Below the pieces are notes generated by a model. That model had not been told where the DNA came from. It made no database searches and saw only the letters and a program-made list of their open reading frames with translations. A stretch of DNA of 64,000 bases from Raillietiella orientalis (taxonomy: Eukaryota). How positions within the stretch are numbered: the first letter of the stretch is position 1; each line of letters opens with the position of its first letter. Below are positions 33,923 to 46,366 of the stretch, in pieces. Where the stretch lies: the NCBI GenBank assembly GCA_036172245.1, contig JAYWIR010000015.1:1364001-1428000 (forward strand). Direction: 5' to 3'. Position numbers and translations under genes: made by a program.

Positions 33923-36504
33923 GTATGCGGGGGCCGCCGCGCGACCTACGCCTCCGCGCGCGCCCCTCACCCCCCTCCCCTCCCGATACGCCATGCCCAT
34001 ACCCCATATCTTCCTCCCGGCGCCGTCAGCCTGCGCGGGCGCGCGGCGCCCGCGGAGCGAGGAGCGCGCGGGGGGGGGGAGAGAGAGAAGGGAAGGAATC
34101 GCCGCGTTCCCCCGTAGGAGAAGCCGAAGAAAGGTCAGCCTTCCCCCACCCACCCCATCCCCAGTGTTGATGCCCAGCCCGCCCGCCCACCCCACTGTGC
34201 CACGCCACTCCCCCCAACCTTCACCCTCCTGGACGTGTGTGGACGCGCGTGAGCCCCCCCCCCCTTCCTTCCCTGTGCTTGTGCTCTCGCCCTTCCTCGT
34301 CCGTCTGCTGCAGGACTTCCCTTCGAGTCCCCTCCCTTTCCCCCGCTCCTCTCGGGCGGTCGCTCCTCCGCTCGTCGCCCAGGAAACGGGAAGGAGAGTT
34401 CTCGGAAAAGGAAGAGGCGCGCGGCGCCGAGCGAGCGGGCGGAACGGCGCACCCGTCGCCTCCAGCTGCCCCCTCTTCCCTCCTCCCGCCCCCTTTCAGG
34501 CAGGAGGAGGCACCTGAAAGGGACCACCCCATCGCCCTCGCCGGCGGAGGAACCGGTGAATCCTCCGGGAGAGACCCCGCGGGTGGAGAGAATGGAGTAT
34601 GGGGAAGAGCGAGCGACGGCGGCTACAAGAGAGAAGGCGGCCACGTCCCTCATCCCGGTCCCCTGCACCCCTTCCCCAGGCCGGCCGCCGCGGGGGAACC
34701 CGCCGGCCCCGCAGCTCCGCCCTCCATCCCCAGCACCGCAGTGGCCCCTGTCCGAGCAGCAAGTGCGTCCCCCTTCTCTTCCCCATCCGGTTGGGGGCCT
34801 CCCCTCCTCCACCGAGCCCCCAATCTTTCCCTCCCTTCTGTTCCCCGCGGCAGTTTCCGGGCGGGAGAAGCGACGCCCGGGAGTGGCGGCGGCGGTGGTG
34901 AGTGTGGAAGTGGGGGGACACGGGGTCAAAAGAGTAGGGAGGGTGCGTTCCCCTCGCGACTGAAGAAAAGGGGGGGGAGCGGACGGTTTCTCGGGACGAT
35001 GAGGGGAGATGCGAGGGGCGCGCGCGCGCGGTGGCTTCGGGGAAAGCGCGGAAGGCGAACGGGGAGGGAAGGAGGGAGGGAGGGAGAGACCGAAATCGGA
35101 GAGATGGGGAGAGAAGGGGACGCGCGCAGTTGGCCATTTGATCGGGAGGGGCCGGCTGTCAATACCCCGAATTATTCCCGGTCGATATCGCCCGTCCCGG
35201 AGACAATGTCCCACCCCGCCGAAAAGGGGGAAGGGAAGGAAGCGGGGAACGAGGGGGGGGGGGAAAGGAGGGAGGGAGGGAAAATTCCCACTTTTTTTCC
35301 TTCCTTCCCTCCCTTTCTTTTCCTTCCCCCCTCCTCCTCTTCCCTCGCCTCCTCCTCCCCCTCCTCCTCTTTTTTTTTTTTTTTCGTTTCGTTTTCCACG
35401 CCAGTGATTCCCGTTGCTCTCTCCCCCCTCCTCCTCCGTTTCCCGATCGCGTCCCCCTCCGCCGCCATCGCCGCCGTCGCCAGGATTTTCTTAGAGGCGT
35501 CGCTCGCGCGTTTCTTGGGGAGGCTCCCTCAGGACTCTATCCCTCCCAGCAGGGGGAGCATCCGGATAGTAACCGCCGCCCTTCCTCGGGCGAAGAAAAG
35601 AGGGCAGTTCCTCCTCTCCCTCCTCCCCCTCCCCGCACACGCACACGGACTCTCCCTCCCCCGCCTGGCGCTGCCGTACCCTCTCCTCGCCAGTGCGTTC
35701 CGCAAGGTCTCACTGTGTCATCTGCCGCGGGGAGCGTGGACTCTCTCTCCACTCTCCCCGTCCCTATCCCCTACCACCTTGGGAGAAGGGGGAGGGGAGC
35801 TCCGGCACGTCCCGGCTCCGTTCGCTCCCGGTCCGCAGAGACGGGGGTGCGTCGCGTCGCGCGCTACGCCTCGAGGCGCCTCCGGCGGTTGCGAGCACCC
35901 TCCTCCGCCAGGAGGCGCGACGGGTGTCGCGAGGGTCGCCTGTGTCACCGTCCGGGACCCTGCACCCGGACGGTGGCACGCTGCAGGGAGGCAGCCGGAG
36001 CGCTTCTTGGTTCCCTCCGTCCCGTCCCCGGAAAAGGTCCGGCGTGTCCTCCTCTTCGGGAAAGCGCGAGCGGACGATTCGCCTTCCCTTCGCCCCATTC
36101 CCTCTCCTCCTTCCCGGAAACGCAAGTCGCAACCGTCTCAGGCTGCTCTCGCCGGTCCTCGTCGGCCAAGGACCAAAGGGGCACAGGTCACGAGATTCAC
36201 TGGAGAAGCACCTTTGGAACCGGGAGGCCGCGTGCCGCTCCCACTCTCCCTCTGCCCCCGGTAGTCTTTCCCTCGCAGTTATCGGGCGCTCGCCGTGTCC
36301 CCTTCTCGGGTGCGCCCGACGACTACGCAGCCCGCGGGGCGCGTCCGGAAGGAAGCGAGGGCGAGGGCACCCCTCTTTTTTTCCCCTGCCCCATCCCTTC
36401 GCTTACGCCCTCCCGCCCTCCACCCGACGACTGATCGGTGTGCCTTCTCTTCCAGGAAGCTCGAAATTCTTTCCGGAAAATGTGATAAATGGGGAAAGGT
36501 TACC

Positions 36505-39500
36505 ATGGAAACTTCGCTGGTTCGCGTTGCGTCTACAGGAGAGAGTAGCAGATTCCCGACCCACGGCCAGCGGCGCGCGACGAGGGCCATGAGTCCCGAG
36601 GGCGTCTCGACAATGACCTCGCCGCTCGCGGGGGCGGAGGGGGACCACCTGGGCAGCAGTGACCCCGTCGAGTCCACGTTCCTGCGAGCGGCGGCGACGG
36701 CGGCAGCAGCGTCGCCGCCCGAGCCCGGAGGCGGAGGAGGCGCCGCCCTCCCGAAGGATGTCCTCGACGGCAGCGGTGGCGGCGGCGGCGGCGGCGGCAG
36801 TGTGCGCCGATTCGATGGCACCATCGTCTACAACCCGGACGGATCCGCCTACATCATCGAGGTCGGCGACGGCGACGAGAGGAACCCCCTGAGGGCCATC
36901 CCGACGCAGGACGGCTGCATCGTCGAAAACGGGAGTAAGGAGCTTCCCGCCTTCCCGTCCTCCTCCTCCTCGTCCTCCTCCTCCCGCTCCTACCCTCCGA
37001 TTGCCAATGCGTTCTACGTCAGGAGTGACCCCTCCCGCTTCGGGTCCACCTACTCCGGGACGCTCTTCAACGTCCTGCCTGAGGCCAGGATCCCGGCGGA
37101 AACGAAAGTGCCTGTTATGTACAGTTACCGAGTGTACTCGCTGAGGGAAGGGCAGGGAGACTGCCCTCCAGGGCAGTCCCCGGCCCTCGCGAACTCGTCT
37201 CCCTCTGCCTCCTCCTCCTCCTCTTCTTCCTCCGTGTGCCCTGCCCCCGGGGGCCGCGTGCCCATCAAGCCCATCCTGATGTGCTTTCTGTGCAAGCTCT
37301 CCTTCGGGCACATACGGCCCTTCATCGCCCACGCGAAGGGCGACCACCAGCTGAATCTCAGTGAGCGGGAGGAGGAGGTTCTCGGGAGAAGGAACACCTC
37401 CGCCATCATCCAGTGCGTGGGAACGAGCAAGGAGATGCTGGTCTCCTTCTTGGAGCCCACCGCCTCACCCCCGTTCCTCGACATCAACGGGTTCCCGACC
37501 GAGGCGGCGGCACTGAGGGATGCCCCAGGCAACCGGCCGTCCGGTGAGCAAACGACAGGAGAAAAGAATCAGAAGCCGACGGATGCGACGGCGACGGCAC
37601 CCACACGCGGCGCGGCAGCAGCCTCGCCCTCCCTCAAGAGCTTCGACACCTCCTCCTCCTCCTCCTCTTCCGTCGGCCGGAGGGCCTTGCCCGCCTCCCC
37701 GGCCACCGATCCAGTTCCTACTTCTCAGGTAACTTCCTCTTCCTCCTCTTTTTCCTCTTCCGCCTCGTCTTCCTCCTCCTCCTCTTCCTCCCTGAGACCC
37801 GGACGTTTCCTCCCGGACAACTCCGACAGCGAGTCCCCCGACGAGGATGGAGGAGGAGGCAGCCCCTCCGGCCCGAATTTCGAGCCTGCAGTCCCCGCGG
37901 CCAGCGCGTGCAGGAACCCCGTCTTCGCCCCGGGCAGCGCCGAGGACGGCGGCGGGATGGACCTGAGTGTGAAGCCCTTGGACACTCCCCCTCCTCCTCT
38001 GCCTGCACTCCCGCAGCTCCCGCCACACTCTTCCGACCTGCTCATCGTCCCCCTGAACAGAGGATTCGCCTCCTCCCCTTCCTCCTCCTCCTCCTCGTCC
38101 TCCTTCTCGGAAGCGCTGGGACGGAACCCGGCGCTGCCCGTCTTCCACCAGACCTGTGCAGCGGCGGTGGACGAGGAGGCCGCCGCCGGCGCCGGCCCGG
38201 GAAAACAACAACAGCCCGAAGAGTCAGCGGTGGAGGCTCCAGCGAGCTTCGGAGGCGATCCGTCCTCCTCCTCCCTGATGGCCGCTCAGCAGTCGCAGCA
38301 ACAGCAGCAGCCTCCGGTCAGCCAGATGTCGCTGCAGATGTCCTCGAGGAACTCCTGCAAGACCCTCAAGTGCCCCAAGTGCAACTGGCACTACAAGTAC
38401 CAGGAGACCCTGGAAATCCACATGAAGGAGAAGCACCCGGAGAACGACACGTCCTGCTCGTACTGCCTGACCAACCAGGCTCACCCGCGGCTGGCCAGGG
38501 GCGAGTCGTACACGTGCGGCTACAAACCCTACCGGTGTGAGGTCTGCAACTACTCCACGACCACCAAGGGCAATCTCAGCATACATATGCAGTCGGACAA
38601 GCACCTGAACAACATGCAGGAGCTGCAGAGCGGCGGAGGCGGTGTTCCCGGCGCGAGCGGAGCAGCGGGAGCGGCGGCCGCAGCAGGCGGGGCAGGAATA
38701 GGAGGGACGTCGGCAGCGGCAGTGGGGCCATGCGCCCCCGGCTGCCCGGACCCGCAGATGGGCTCCTCGCCCAGCTCGCCCGCCCTGCAGCAGCAGAAAA
38801 GCAAGCCCAAAGCCACGTGGCGCTGCGACGTGTGCAACTACGAGACGAACGTCGCCCGCAACCTCCGCATCCACATGACCAGCGAGAAGCACACCCACAA
38901 CATGATGGTCCTCCAGCAGAACGTGAAGCACATGAACCAGATGGCCGCGGCCGCGGGAGGCGGCGGTCCCTTCCCGGCTGCCCAGAACCCCATCGACCCT
39001 TCCTCCCTCCTCCCCTACGTGAGCGGGATCGGATTCCCTTCCGACAAGAATCCCAGCGAGTCCGCCCTGGCGGACATGGCGTACAACCAGGCGATCTTCC
39101 TGCAGATGATCGGATCCGGCCAGTTTCCTCCCCCCCCTCCTCCCGCTCCATCTTCCGCGAGGGGCTCGGACATCCTGCAGGGCATGGGCGATTTGGGCTT
39201 CGGGGGCGAGATCGCCAACGCTGAGATGATGGAGAAGGCCGATCCTGACCCCAGGCACCTCTTCCACTGCTGCGTGTGCTCTGCTTACTCCGGGGACAGC
39301 ATCGACGACATGAACGCCCACCTGAGCCAGGACAGGACCAGGATGCAGGACCACGAGGTGTTCTTCCTGATCTCGGGAAACTACGTCTGCAAGCTGTGCA
39401 GCTACAAGACGAATCTGAAAGCCAACTTCCAGCTGCACTGCAAGACCGACAAGCACCTCCAGAGGCTTCAGCACGTCAACCACATCAAGGAGGGAGGCCC

Positions 39501-39907
39501 GCAGAACGAGTGGCGCCTGAAGTACGTGAACGTGTCCAACCCGGTGCGCGTGCGCTGCAACGCCTGCGACTTCTACACCAACAACTCCCACAAGCTGCGC
39601 CTCCACGCCGCCAGCAGGCAGCACGAGATGGCCGCGACGCTATTCCTCCACCTGCGCAAGGTGTCCGCGGACCTGCCGCCACCGCAGAGCGTCGACTGGC
39701 ACTTCTGCTGCGCTCTGTGCGACTTTGCGTGCTCCAACAAGATGGGCCTCATCAAGCACGCCCACTCCATCAAGCACCTCCAGCTCGAAACGCTCCACCA
39801 GCTGAGGAGGAGGAACGAGGGCGTGGACAGCGCCCAGATCATGGACGAAGTCTTCCAGGTCAAGCTGGTCGGCACAGCCGACCCCCCGGGGGTTTCCCGG
39901 AAGCAAG
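36505..39907 (+). CDS. zfh2: Zinc finger homeobox protein (zfh2 / ZFHX3-4 family), coding exon A (N-terminal zinc-finger region)
   Basis: Lies in ORF 36295..40107. Acceptor (ccttctcttccag) ends 36455 and ATG 36505 is in a strong Kozak context (accATGG). Family motifs present: FDGTIVYNPDGSAYIIE, PIKPILMCFLCKLSFG, SRNSCKTLKCPKCNWHYKYQETLEIHMKEKHP, HPRLARGESYTCGYKPYRCEVCNYSTTTKGNLSIHMQSDKH, WRCDVCNYETNVARNLRIHMTSEKH, CKLCSYKTNLKANFQLHCKTDKH. About 8 fingers. Donor AAG|GTAGGC at 39908 (phase 1). The exact start codon is less certain than the gene identity. Confidence 0.93.
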
Positions 39908-40480
39908 GTAGGCATCTGCGGCGCGGATGTGCGTGCGTGCGCGCGCTCTCTCTTCGCCCTCACTCCCTCCGTCCCGCTTCCGGGAGGGAGCCCAAGCTTC
40001 GCGGACAGCGGACGCTCCGCTCCCGACCTCCCTTCTTCGTTTCGATGACGGCGTGTCGTTCCGGTCAAGAGAGGATCGGGAGAGGAAGCTCGCAGATTAC
40101 GCGGTGACCCTCTCTCGTGCTTCCTCTCTGCACCGGGGACAGCATGTCGTCAGGTCCCCCGTGGGACGACGGTCTTCTTTCCGCACCATCACCACCACCC
40201 TTTCCCTCTCGTCGTCTCCTGGCCTACTCCTCCGTACCCTCCACAGGGGAATCTCTGGCGCCGAGCTGGGCAGGCGCCCTCCTTTTCCCTCCTGGAAGCT
40301 GCTTTCTGGAAGAAAGGGAAGGAGGACCTCGCCGCGCTGGGCGAAACGGCGCGGCAGCGGCAGCTGAGGTCAGTCAGCCTTTGGGACTCCAGCGTCCAGA
40401 TCTCGAAGGCTGACCCCTCCGCGGTTCCTCCGAGTGCAACTCTCTCACTGACCCGACCTTTCCTCCTCTCCGCTCTGCAG
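39908..40480 (+). other. zfh2 intron (573 nt, GT-AG, phase 1)
   Basis: GTAGGC...CTGAC...ctctgcAG; removing it joins two coding frames without a stop. Confidence 0.88.
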
Positions 40481-43400
40481 ACAAGTCCGCCGTCCCCGGC
40501 GCGGCCGCTGCACCTCAGCCTGGAGCCGCGACGGAAGAAGAGGAGCTCTCGTCCGCTCCCAGGAGCGAAGTCCCCGCCCCCCGGCTGTGTTGCCCCCTCT
40601 GCCAGAACGTTTTCGAGTGCCAGTCCCACCTCCAGAAGCATGTCATGCAGATGCACAACGTGAGCGCAGAGGGCCTGAGCAAGCTCCTGCAGCTGGTCCA
40701 CAACCCTCCCTTCCGGGAGGACCTGGAGATGCAGCTGGTGCCTTCCTCCTTTGAGGACGGACTCTCCAAGCAGGAGGACGAGAGCAGCGACAGCCTGGAA
40801 GACGTCCTGTCCTGCCCTTCCTGCCCACAGGAGTTCGGCAGGATCGAGGACCTGTACCGGCACCACGAGACGTCCGACCATCTGGAGCTCAAGCGCACCT
40901 CCAACGGCTTCGGCTTCTCCTGCTGGAAGAAGAACTGCGATGCGCACCTGCCGACGGTCCACCTGCTGCAGCAGCACTTCAGCGAGCGCCACCTGAGGAA
41001 GCTTCCTGGCACGCCCGGGGGCGAGCGGGTCTACAGGTTCCGGTGCAGGCAGTGCAGCCTGGCGTTCAAGACGGACGAGAAGCTCCAGCTGCACTCCCAG
41101 TACCACGCGATCCGGGACGCCACCCGCTGCTCCTACTGCGGTAGGACCTTCCGCAGCATCAGCGCTCTGAGCAAGCACCTGGAGTCCCATGTGGAATCCC
41201 AGGACCTCGAAGCGCTGGTGGGATCTCGCGTGCGGGCGGATTCCCTGGGTGGCTCGTTCCTGGACGCCGTCGGGATCAAGCAGGAGGAGGAAGACCCGGA
41301 GAGCGAGCCGAAGGACTGCGACCGGGACGACGACTGCGACGCAGGAAACTCCAGCGACGATGACAGCAAGGAGCAGAAGCACGCGGACGACTACCTGAAC
41401 AGCGAGGCGGTCGCCGAGGACTCCTACAATGACCTCAACAGGAAGTTCAAGTGCCACAGGTGCAAAGTGGCCTTCACGCGCCAGAGCTACCTCTCCAGCC
41501 ACAACAAGACCCTTCTGCACAGGAAAGGGGAGAAGATCAGCTACCCTCTGGAGAAGTACCTGGACCCGAATCGGCCGTACAAGTGCGAGGTGTGCAAGGA
41601 GTCGTTCACCCAGAAGAACATCCTGCTAGTGCACTTCAATTCCGTGAGCCACCTCCACAAGTTCAAGCGCAGCCTGCAAGAAAAGGCGGGTCAGCAGCAA
41701 CCTCACCCAGAGTTCCCGCCTTCCCTGTCGGGGGCAATTCCTGTCCCCGGGGGAGGAGGAGGAGGAGGAGGAGGCTGCAGGGACGAAGACGGCAAGAAGC
41801 AGTACAGGTGCAACGTCTGCCGGGTGGCGTACAGCCAGGGAACCACCCTGGACATACACGTCCGATCGGTGCTGCACCAGACGAGGGTCTCCAAGATGCA
41901 GGAGCTCATCCAGAGGGGAGAGTTCGACATCTCCAAGCCGGTCATCGAGCAGCCGGACAGGCAGGCGATGCCCGACGCGGACAGGCTGCTCGCCGAGCAG
42001 GTCGCCTCGGGCGGCGGCTTCGGGAAGCCGAGGAGCCGCAGCGAGAGCGACGCCTCCCTGGCGAACGGTACCTACGGCAACGGCTTGACCCCACCCAAGG
42101 CGGCGGCAGCGGCGGACGCGAGCAGAGAGGGCATTTCGCTCCTCAAACCGCAGGGTCACGCTAGCGCACCCGCCGCCGGCGAAGGAACCGCGCCGCTGCC
42201 GCCGCTGCCCTCGAACGTCTCTGACGGCAGGGTCGCCAATGACGGTTCGCCCAGCTGCCCCGGGCAAGAAACACTGCAGCTCCTGCTGGGAGAATACGAC
42301 CGGGAATCTTCCCGATTTCCCGTGAGGAAGTCATCCCACGTCCACAGACGCTTGCTGGAAAGCTACGGGTTCGACCTGGTCATGCAGTTCAATGAATACC
42401 ACCAAAAGAGGATGCTGAGTTCCGTGGAGGACGTGTCCCACCAGGATAGAATCCAGGAATTCTTCCCAGAGCTAACGAGAAGTTCCTGCAACGTCTGCCA
42501 GCGCGTGTTCTCCAGCGTCTGGATCCTGAAGGCCCACAAGGAAGAGGCCCACGGGCTCAACGTCACCGTCGACGTGGTCCAGAAGTTCGCGACCGTCTTC
42601 AAGGAGAACTACTTGAGGAAGGTCAGCGAGGAGGCGAGGATCAGGGAGCCGTCCCATCTGGAAGGCGGGGAGGCCCTGGGGACGGATGCTCGGCAGCCGT
42701 CGCACACTCCAGAGGGCAACGAGTCTCCTTTCCTCGTCCCGAGCGCGAAGGAGGAGCGGATCTCCAGCCCCCAGCCCAACGCGATGCCAGACAGCCAGAT
42801 GGTCCTGTCTTCGGAAGAGGAAGTGAACTCAAGCAGCTTTCTGCAGCACATGAACGAGGTCAACGCTGCCCTGAATGCCATGGCAGCCAGTCAGATGCAG
42901 CAGCTGCAGTACAACCCTATGATGATGGGCCTGAGCGGACTCGCGGCCATGAGCTACCCCTACAACTTCAACCTGCAGACTCTAGCGGCCATGAACCTGC
43001 AGCCGCCCCTTGTCCCCTACCTCGTTCCGCCTCCCATCAACATGGACCCCCTGGCCGCCTTCGCCCACGTTCAGGGAGGGGCGATACTGGGGACGAGCGG
43101 CGGCGAGGTCAAGTTCCCGGCGAGCCAGCACAAGCTCGTTCCGCAGCACCAGCACCACCAGACAGTGGCCCAGCAGAAGCGAGCTAGGACGCGCATCAGC
43201 GACGAGCAGCTGAAGATCCTGCGCTCCCACTTCGACATCAACAACTCCCCCACCGAGGACCAGATCAAGGAGATGGCGCAGAAGAGCGGACTGCCGTCGA
43301 AGGTCATCAAGCACTGGTTCCGCAACACGCTGTTCAAGGAGCGGCAGAGAAACAAAGACTCCCCGTACAACTTCAGCAATCCGCCCTGCACGTCCCTGAA

Positions 43401-46366
43401 CCTGGAGGATTACGGCGGCGGCGGCGGCCAGAGGAGGACCGAGGGCGCCAAGCCGGCGGCGGCGGCTTTCGAAGTGAAGAGGGAGGACGGCGCTCGCTCG
43501 TCCCCGCCGCCCGAGGCCTGTCAAGACCTGCCTGCCGACGGTCCCTCCCTGGACCTGTGCATCAGGGTGAAGGAGGAGCACCCGGCCGCTGGCGGCAAAG
43601 CGCGGACGGAGAAGGACGCCGGAAGGTGCGACCCCGCAGACGACAGGAGCTCCGCGAACCCGACGCCCCTGAGCGACGGCGGCGGTTTTCCGCCGGCGGC
43701 CTCCACGTGCCACTTCGGAGACACTTCCGCAGCATCAGTCCACAGCCAGACGGCGGCGAGCGCCGCCCCATGCTACGGGATGCACCCGTTTCTGTCCTCG
43801 TCCTTTTACAACGACGTCGCCTGCTCGAACGCCCCTTCGCCGTCGCCGTCGACGAATGCGACATCGTCGTCATCGACGGCGACGTGCCGGAAGATCTCCC
43901 AGAAGTACGGCGGCGGCTCCAGCTCGTCCGGGATGAACCCGCTCAACCCCGCGTCGGTGTGCCCGCCCAGGTCGGAGAGCTTCGTCTCTTTCATGGGCTC
44001 GGCCGGCTCCGGCGTCTCGGGGAAAAGGGCCAACAGGACGCGGTTCACCGACTACCAGATCAAGATCCTGCAAGAGTTCTTCGAGAGCAACGCGTACCCG
44101 AAGGATGACGACCTGGAGTACCTGTCGAAGCTTCTGAACCTGAGCCCCCGCGTCATCGTCGTGTGGTTCCAGAACGCGCGCCAAAAGGCCAGGAAGGTGT
44201 ACGAAAACCAGCCTTCCAGCGACGGGAACGAGGACAGCGCCGGGAGATTCCAGAGAACCCCCGGCCTCAACTACCAGTGCAGGAAGTGCCTGCTCGTTTT
44301 CCAGCGTTACTACGAGCTCATCAGGCACCAGAAGAATCAGTGCTTCAAGCACGAGGAAGCCAAGGGCGTCGCCGCCGCGCATCACCAGGCCGACGCGGCC
44401 TCCGGCATCCTGCCCGCCTGCTGTGGCTCTCCCCAGTCGCAGAGCCAGCTGCCCTCCTGCCACAACCCCCTTTCCTGCTTCTCAGAAGACTCCAACTCCT
44501 CCTCGGTCACGGAGGCGAACCCCGTCGAAGGCCAGCCCGAGGACGTCCAGACCGCCGCCAACCAGGAAGACACCCTGGGGTGCGAACACTGCAAGCTGGT
44601 GTTCCCCAACTTCGAGTCGTGGAGGGACCACCAGCTCATCCACCTGCTGAGCTCGAACTTCTTCTCCCAGTTCCCATACCCGCAAGAGGAGCACAGGCCC
44701 CCTGCGGCCGCCGCGATGCCGTTCCGGTGCGAGGCGCAGATCTCCACGAAGAGGAAGTACGGAAACGAGGAGGAGGAAAAGGAGCACCCGAAGGACAAGC
44801 GGCTCCGCACCACCATCCTTCCGGAGCAGCTGGAAGTGCTCTACCAGAAGTACCAGATGGAGAGCAACCCTAGTCGCAAGATGCTCGAAGCTATCGCCAA
44901 CGAGATAGGGCTCACGAAGAGGGTAGTACAGGTGTGGTTTCAAAACACCCGCGCGAGGGAGCGGAAGGGTCAGTTCCGCGCCCACAACCAAGCGATCAAC
45001 AAGCGCTGCCCCTTCTGCCCGGCGCTCTTCAAAGTCAAGTCCGCCCTGGAATCCCACCTCATCTACAAGCACTCGGAGCAGTGGGCCCGCAGAGACATCA
45101 ACATCGACTACCTGCCGGACGAAAGCGACTACGACGGCGGCGGCGGCAGCGAAGCGCGGGACAAGCTAGTCAGGGCGTCATCGCATCACGGGCCCTGCCC
45201 TCCGGAGGGAGCGGGAGCACCCTCCGCGGACTTGTATCACGAGGACGCGGAAGCGGCTCGCGCGCTCCTGGGAGAGCTGGGACGCGGCGGTGGAGACGAA
45301 AGCCCTCTGGACCTCAGTCTGCCGAACGAGCCGCGCAAAGAAGCCACCGCCAACAACAACAATAACAGCAGCGGCAACGAGGACGCTTGCCAGCGGGAGA
45401 GCGGGAACTCTGAGCAAACCTCTTGCTGCAGCGAAGAGGTCGAAGGGGACGATTTTCCGGAGAGTAGCCCCACCTCTCCGGCGTCCAGCACCCAAAGCCA
45501 GAGAAACGTGCCGACCGGAGGTAAACGGTTTCGAACCCAGATGAGCAGCGTGCAAGTGCAGGTCATGAAACGCATCTTTCAGGATTGCAAGACGCCGGCC
45601 ATGTCCGAATGCGAAGTTCTTGGCCAAGAGATAGGACTCCCTAAAAGGGTTGTACAAGTGTGGTTTCAGAACGCCAGGGCGAAGGAAAAGAAGCACAGGT
45701 CGTCCTCGTCACCGTCGTCATCGGCCTCCGCCGCCGCTCTCAGCGGAGGCAAGCCGTGCGCGGATGAGGCCCCGCCCTCTCCGCAGCCGCCGCCGCCGCC
45801 GCTGCCGCCGCCGCTGCCGGAGTGCCCGAAGAAGATCGCGGAAGAGTGCACCCTATGCGGGGTCAAGTTCTCGGTGAAGAACCCCGCTCAGGACCACCTG
45901 TTCAGCAAGAAGCACATCGAAGCCATCCGAGAGAACTTGGAAAGGAAAAGGAGCGGCGGCGGCGTTGGCTCCGACGAGGGATGCCAGCGGCAGTGTGACA
46001 GTGGCCGCCACCACCACACGTGCTCGTCCTCCTCCTCCTCCTCCTCCTCTTCTTCTTCGTCCTCCTCCTCGTCCTCCGCCACGCGGGACAACCACCACCA
46101 GCAGCAGCAGCAGCAACAACACATCCCCTTCATCCCACATATCAGCTCCTCTTTCCTGACGACGCCGATGAACAGCGGCGACGACCTCAAGCCGTTCCCT
46201 TCCGTGATGACCAACGGCGTGTCCGCGGCGACTGCGACGCCCAGCATCAACGTGCCCGAGACGGAGAACCTGTTCTTGCAGATGTACCGACTCCCCTTCC
46301 CCGGTTACAAAGACTTCCAGCAGGCAGAGAGTTCCTTGTTACAGGCGATGTACTCTTCGCAGGCAA
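40481..46366 (+). CDS. zfh2: zfh2/ZFHX coding exon B (about 13 zinc fingers plus all four homeodomains)
   Basis: Branch-like CTGAC (~40448), pyrimidine tract and CTGCAG ending 40480. The phase-1 join (G+AC=Asp) runs into the frame of ORF 40645..46581 and restores the finger CPLCQNVFECQSHLQKHVMQMH. Family motifs LEKYLDPNRPYKCEVCKESFTQKNILLVHFNSVSHLHK and LLESYGFDLVMQFNE. Perfect donor GTAAGT at 46367 (phase 1). Confidence 0.95.
43174..43353 (+). other. zfh2: Homeodomain 1 (atypical WFRNTLFKERQR, ZFHX-type)
   Basis: QKRARTRISDEQLKILRSHFDINNSPTEDQIKEMAQKSGLPSKVIKHWFRNTLFKERQRN, followed by the family motif KDSPYNF. Confidence 0.95.
44023..44202 (+). other. zfh2: Homeodomain 2
   Basis: KRANRTRFTDYQIKILQEFFESNAYPKDDDLEYLSKLLNLSPRVIVVWFQNARQKARKVY. 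Confidence 0.95.
44794..44973 (+). other. zfh2: Homeodomain 3
   Basis: DKRLRTTILPEQLEVLYQKYQMESNPSRKMLEAIANEIGLTKRVVQVWFQNTRARERKGQ. Confidence 0.95.
45520..45699 (+). other. zfh2: Homeodomain 4
   Basis: GKRFRTQMSSVQVQVMKRIFQDCKTPAMSECEVLGQEIGLPKRVVQVWFQNARAKEKK. Confidence 0.95.

Noticed and set aside
34237..36264. 675-aa ORF just upstream of zfh2
   Set aside because: P/G/R/S-rich, crosses homopolymer tracts and has no motif; lies in the predicted first intron
36295..36455. Extending the zfh2 N-terminus to the ORF-track start at 36295
   Set aside because: Non-ATG start upstream of a clear splice acceptor at 36455; likely intronic
39908..40107. ORF continuation past the exon A donor (likewise 46367..46581 past exon B)
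   Set aside because: Peptide and codon quality collapse right after good splice donors; read-through into the intron
38224..41520. Long antisense ORFs (38224..39624 and 40189..41520, plus similar ones opposite exon B)
   Set aside because: Shadow frames produced by the GC3-rich codon usage of zfh2; V/L/A-rich with no domain
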